A stretch of DNA of 64,000 bases from Escherichia coli (GTDB lineage Bacteria > Pseudomonadota > Gammaproteobacteria > Enterobacterales > Enterobacteriaceae): NCBI RefSeq assembly GCF_003018235.1, contig NZ_CP027437.1, one strand, 5' to 3'. Below the pieces are notes generated by a model, which had not been told where the DNA came from, did not search any database, and worked only from the letters and a program-made list of their open reading frames with translations. Position numbers and translations under genes: made by a program. Of the stretch, positions 61,172 to 64,000 are shown piece by piece; the stretch's first letter is position 1; every line of letters begins with the position of its first letter.

Positions 61172-61834
61172 ATGGATTATACGCTCACCCGCATAGATCC
61201 CAACGGTGAGAACGACCGTTACCCCCTGCAAAAGCAGGAGATCGTAACCGACCCTCTGGAGCAAGAAGTTAACAAAAACGTGTTTATGGGCAAGCTCAAT
61301 GACATGGTTAACTGGGGTCGTAAAAACTCAATTTGGCCGTATAACTTCGGTCTTTCCTGCTGTTACGTTGAGATGGTGACTTCGTTTACCGCGGTGCATG
61401 ACGTGGCGCGTTTTGGCGCAGAAGTATTGCGTGCTTCGCCGCGTCAGGCTGACCTGATGGTGGTGGCAGGAACCTGCTTTACAAAAATGGCACCGGTTAT
61501 TCAGCGTCTGTATGACCAGATGTTGGAACCAAAATGGGTTATCTCAATGGGTGCCTGTGCCAACTCCGGCGGTATGTACGATATTTATTCCGTTGTGCAG
61601 GGCGTCGATAAATTCATCCCGGTTGATGTGTATATCCCGGGCTGCCCGCCGCGTCCTGAAGCGTACATGCAGGCACTGATGCTGTTGCAGGAATCTATCG
61701 GTAAAGAACGTCGTCCGCTCTCCTGGGTGGTTGGCGATCAGGGCGTTTATCGCGCCAACATGCAATCAGAGCGCGAACGCAAGCGCGGTGAACGCATTGC
61801 CGTAACCAACCTGCGTACACCTGACGAGATTTAA
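61172..61834 (+). CDS. nuoB: NADH-quinone oxidoreductase subunit B
   Basis: 220 aa; Fe-S ligand motifs CCYVEM and GCPP. Confidence 0.95.
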
Positions 61835-61927
61835 TTTGCGCCTGTCGGCAAAGGGATTTTTCTTCGCTTATTCCTAAATCTATTTCGCGAAGCTTACTGC
61901 GCCGACAGTCACCACGGACCATTTGCA

Positions 61928-63730
61928 ATGGTGAACAATATGACCGACTTAACCGCGCAAGAACCCGCCTGGCAGACCCGCGATCATCTTGATGATCCGG
62001 TGATTGGCGAACTGCGCAACCGTTTTGGGCCGGATGCCTTTACTGTTCAGGCGACTCGCACCGGGGTTCCCGTTGTGTGGATCAAGCGTGAACAATTACT
62101 GGAAGTGGGCGATTTCTTAAAGAAACTGCCGAAACCTTACGTCATGCTGTTTGACTTACACGGCATGGACGAACGTCTGCGCACACACCGCGAAGGGTTA
62201 CCTGCCGCGGATTTTTCCGTTTTCTACCATCTGATTTCTATCGATCGTAACCGCGACATCATGCTGAAGGTGGCGCTGGCAGAAAACGACCTGCACGTAC
62301 CGACCTTCACCAAACTGTTCCCGAACGCTAACTGGTATGAGCGTGAAACCTGGGATCTGTTTGGCATTACTTTCGACGGTCACCCGAACCTGCGCCGCAT
62401 CATGATGCCGCAAACCTGGAAAGGTCACCCGCTGCGTAAAGATTATCCGGCGCGCGCTACCGAATTCTCGCCGTTTGAGCTGACCAAAGCCAAACAGGAC
62501 CTGGAGATGGAAGCCCTGACCTTCAAACCGGAAGAGTGGGGGATGAAGCGCGGCACCGAAAACGAGGACTTCATGTTTCTCAACCTCGGCCCGAACCACC
62601 CGTCGGCGCACGGGGCTTTCCGCATCGTTTTGCAGCTTGATGGCGAAGAAATTGTCGACTGCGTACCAGACATCGGCTACCACCACCGTGGTGCGGAGAA
62701 AATGGGCGAACGCCAGTCCTGGCACAGCTACATTCCGTATACCGACCGTATCGAATACCTCGGCGGCTGCGTTAACGAAATGCCTTACGTGCTGGCGGTA
62801 GAGAAACTGGCCGGGATCACCGTGCCGGATCGCGTTAACGTCATTCGCGTAATGCTCTCCGAACTGTTCCGCATCAACAGTCACCTGCTGTATATCTCCA
62901 CCTTTATTCAGGACGTCGGCGCGATGACGCCAGTGTTCTTCGCCTTTACCGATCGTCAGAAAATTTACGATCTGGTGGAAGCAATCACGGGTTTTCGTAT
63001 GCACCCGGCGTGGTTCCGTATTGGCGGTGTAGCGCACGACCTGCCGCGTGGCTGGGATCGCCTGCTGCGTGAGTTCCTCGACTGGATGCCGAAACGTCTG
63101 GCGTCTTACGAGAAAGCGGCGCTGCAAAACACCATTCTGAAAGGTCGTTCCCAGGGCGTTGCCGCCTATGGCGCGAAAGAGGCACTGGAGTGGGGCACCA
63201 CTGGCGCGGGCCTGCGTGCTACCGGGATCGACTTCGACGTGCGTAAGGCGCGTCCTTATTCTGGCTATGAAAACTTCGACTTTGAAATCCCGGTGGGTGG
63301 TGGTGTTTCTGACTGCTACACCCGCGTAATGCTGAAAGTGGAAGAGCTGCGCCAGAGTCTGCGCATTCTTGAGCAGTGCCTCAACAACATGCCGGAAGGC
63401 CCGTTCAAAGCGGATCACCCGCTGACCACGCCGCCGCCGAAAGAGCGCACGCTGCAACATATCGAAACCCTGATCACCCACTTCCTGCAAGTGTCGTGGG
63501 GTCCGGTGATGCCAGCCAATGAATCTTTCCAGATGATTGAGGCGACCAAGGGGATCAACAGTTACTACCTGACCAGCGACGGTAGCACCATGAGTTATCG
63601 CACCCGTATCCGTACGCCGAGTTATGCGCATTTGCAGCAAATTCCGGCGGCGATCCGCGGCAGCCTGGTGTCTGACCTGATTGTTTATCTGGGCAGTATC
63701 GATTTTGTTATGTCAGATGTGGACCGCTAA
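61928..63730 (+). CDS. nuoC: NADH-quinone oxidoreductase subunit C/D (fused)
   Basis: About 600 aa; the true start may be the internal MTDL… (61940). Confidence 0.95.
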
Positions 63731-63732
63731 TT

Positions 63733-64000
63733 ATGCACGAGAATCAACAACCACAAATCGAGGCTTTTGAGCTGAGTGCGGCAGAGCGTGAAGCGATTGA
63801 GCACGAGATGCACCACTACGAAGACCCGCGTGCGGCGTCCATTGAAGCGCTGAAAATCGTTCAGAAGCAGCGTGGCTGGGTGCCGGATGGCGCGATCCAC
63901 GCGATCGCCGATGTGCTGGGTATTCCGGCGAGCGACGTCGAAGGTGTGGCAACGTTTTATAGCCAGATCTTCCGCCAGCCGGTTGGTCGCCATGTGATCC
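63733..64000 (+). CDS. nuoE: NADH-quinone oxidoreductase subunit E (5' part; runs off the window)
   Basis: [45 protein letters not shown]…; no stop before the window end. Confidence 0.9.
   Translation, partial: MHENQQPQIEAFELSAAEREAIEHEMHHYEDPRAASIEALKIVQKQRGWVPDGAIHAIADVLGIPASDVEGVATFYSQIFRQPVGRHVI

Overview
This window is an Escherichia coli-type chromosomal segment syntenic with the K-12 smrB–prmB–aroC–mepA … fabB … purF–ubiX–argT–hisJQMP … pta–ackA … lrhA–nuoABC(E) region. The core genes are intact and ordinary. Three accessory insertions interrupt the synteny. (1) An IS3-family, IS150-group element (IS1397-like, 83..1514) sits in the loop of a REP palindrome with a 4-bp TGAA duplication. 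(2) An IS110-family element matching IS621 (about 6871..8151) sits in a REP at the site ATCAGGCCT|AC; its recombinase has a long 5' non-coding region, where IS621 is known to encode a bridge RNA. (3) A 13.8-kb island (31560..45351) splits the GST-like gene yfcF after codon 17. The island is an Ff-like filamentous (inovirus) prophage with the canonical gene order: rolling-circle Rep, gV-position ORF, pVII/pIX-like, pVIII coat, pIII-like, pVI-like, pI/Zot-like, pIV secretin. Its only recombinase is a second IS110-family DEDD enzyme at the left end. Both island junctions carry a CT dinucleotide, and joining the island ends would create a sigma70-like promoter (TTGCTA-18-TATAAT), the same architecture I see for the IS621 copy. 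The recombinase leader holds a perfect 69-bp tandem duplication that includes 8 bp of yfcF sequence. The prophage is itself hit by two later IS insertions: an IS911-like IS3-family element inside gene I and an IS100-like IS21-family element 14 bp upstream of gene IV. The main candidate for a new system is a filamentous phage mobilised by an IS110-type (bridge-recombinase-like) enzyme with a candidate guide RNA in its leader. All calls rest on reading the sequence and recalled family features; no database search was run.
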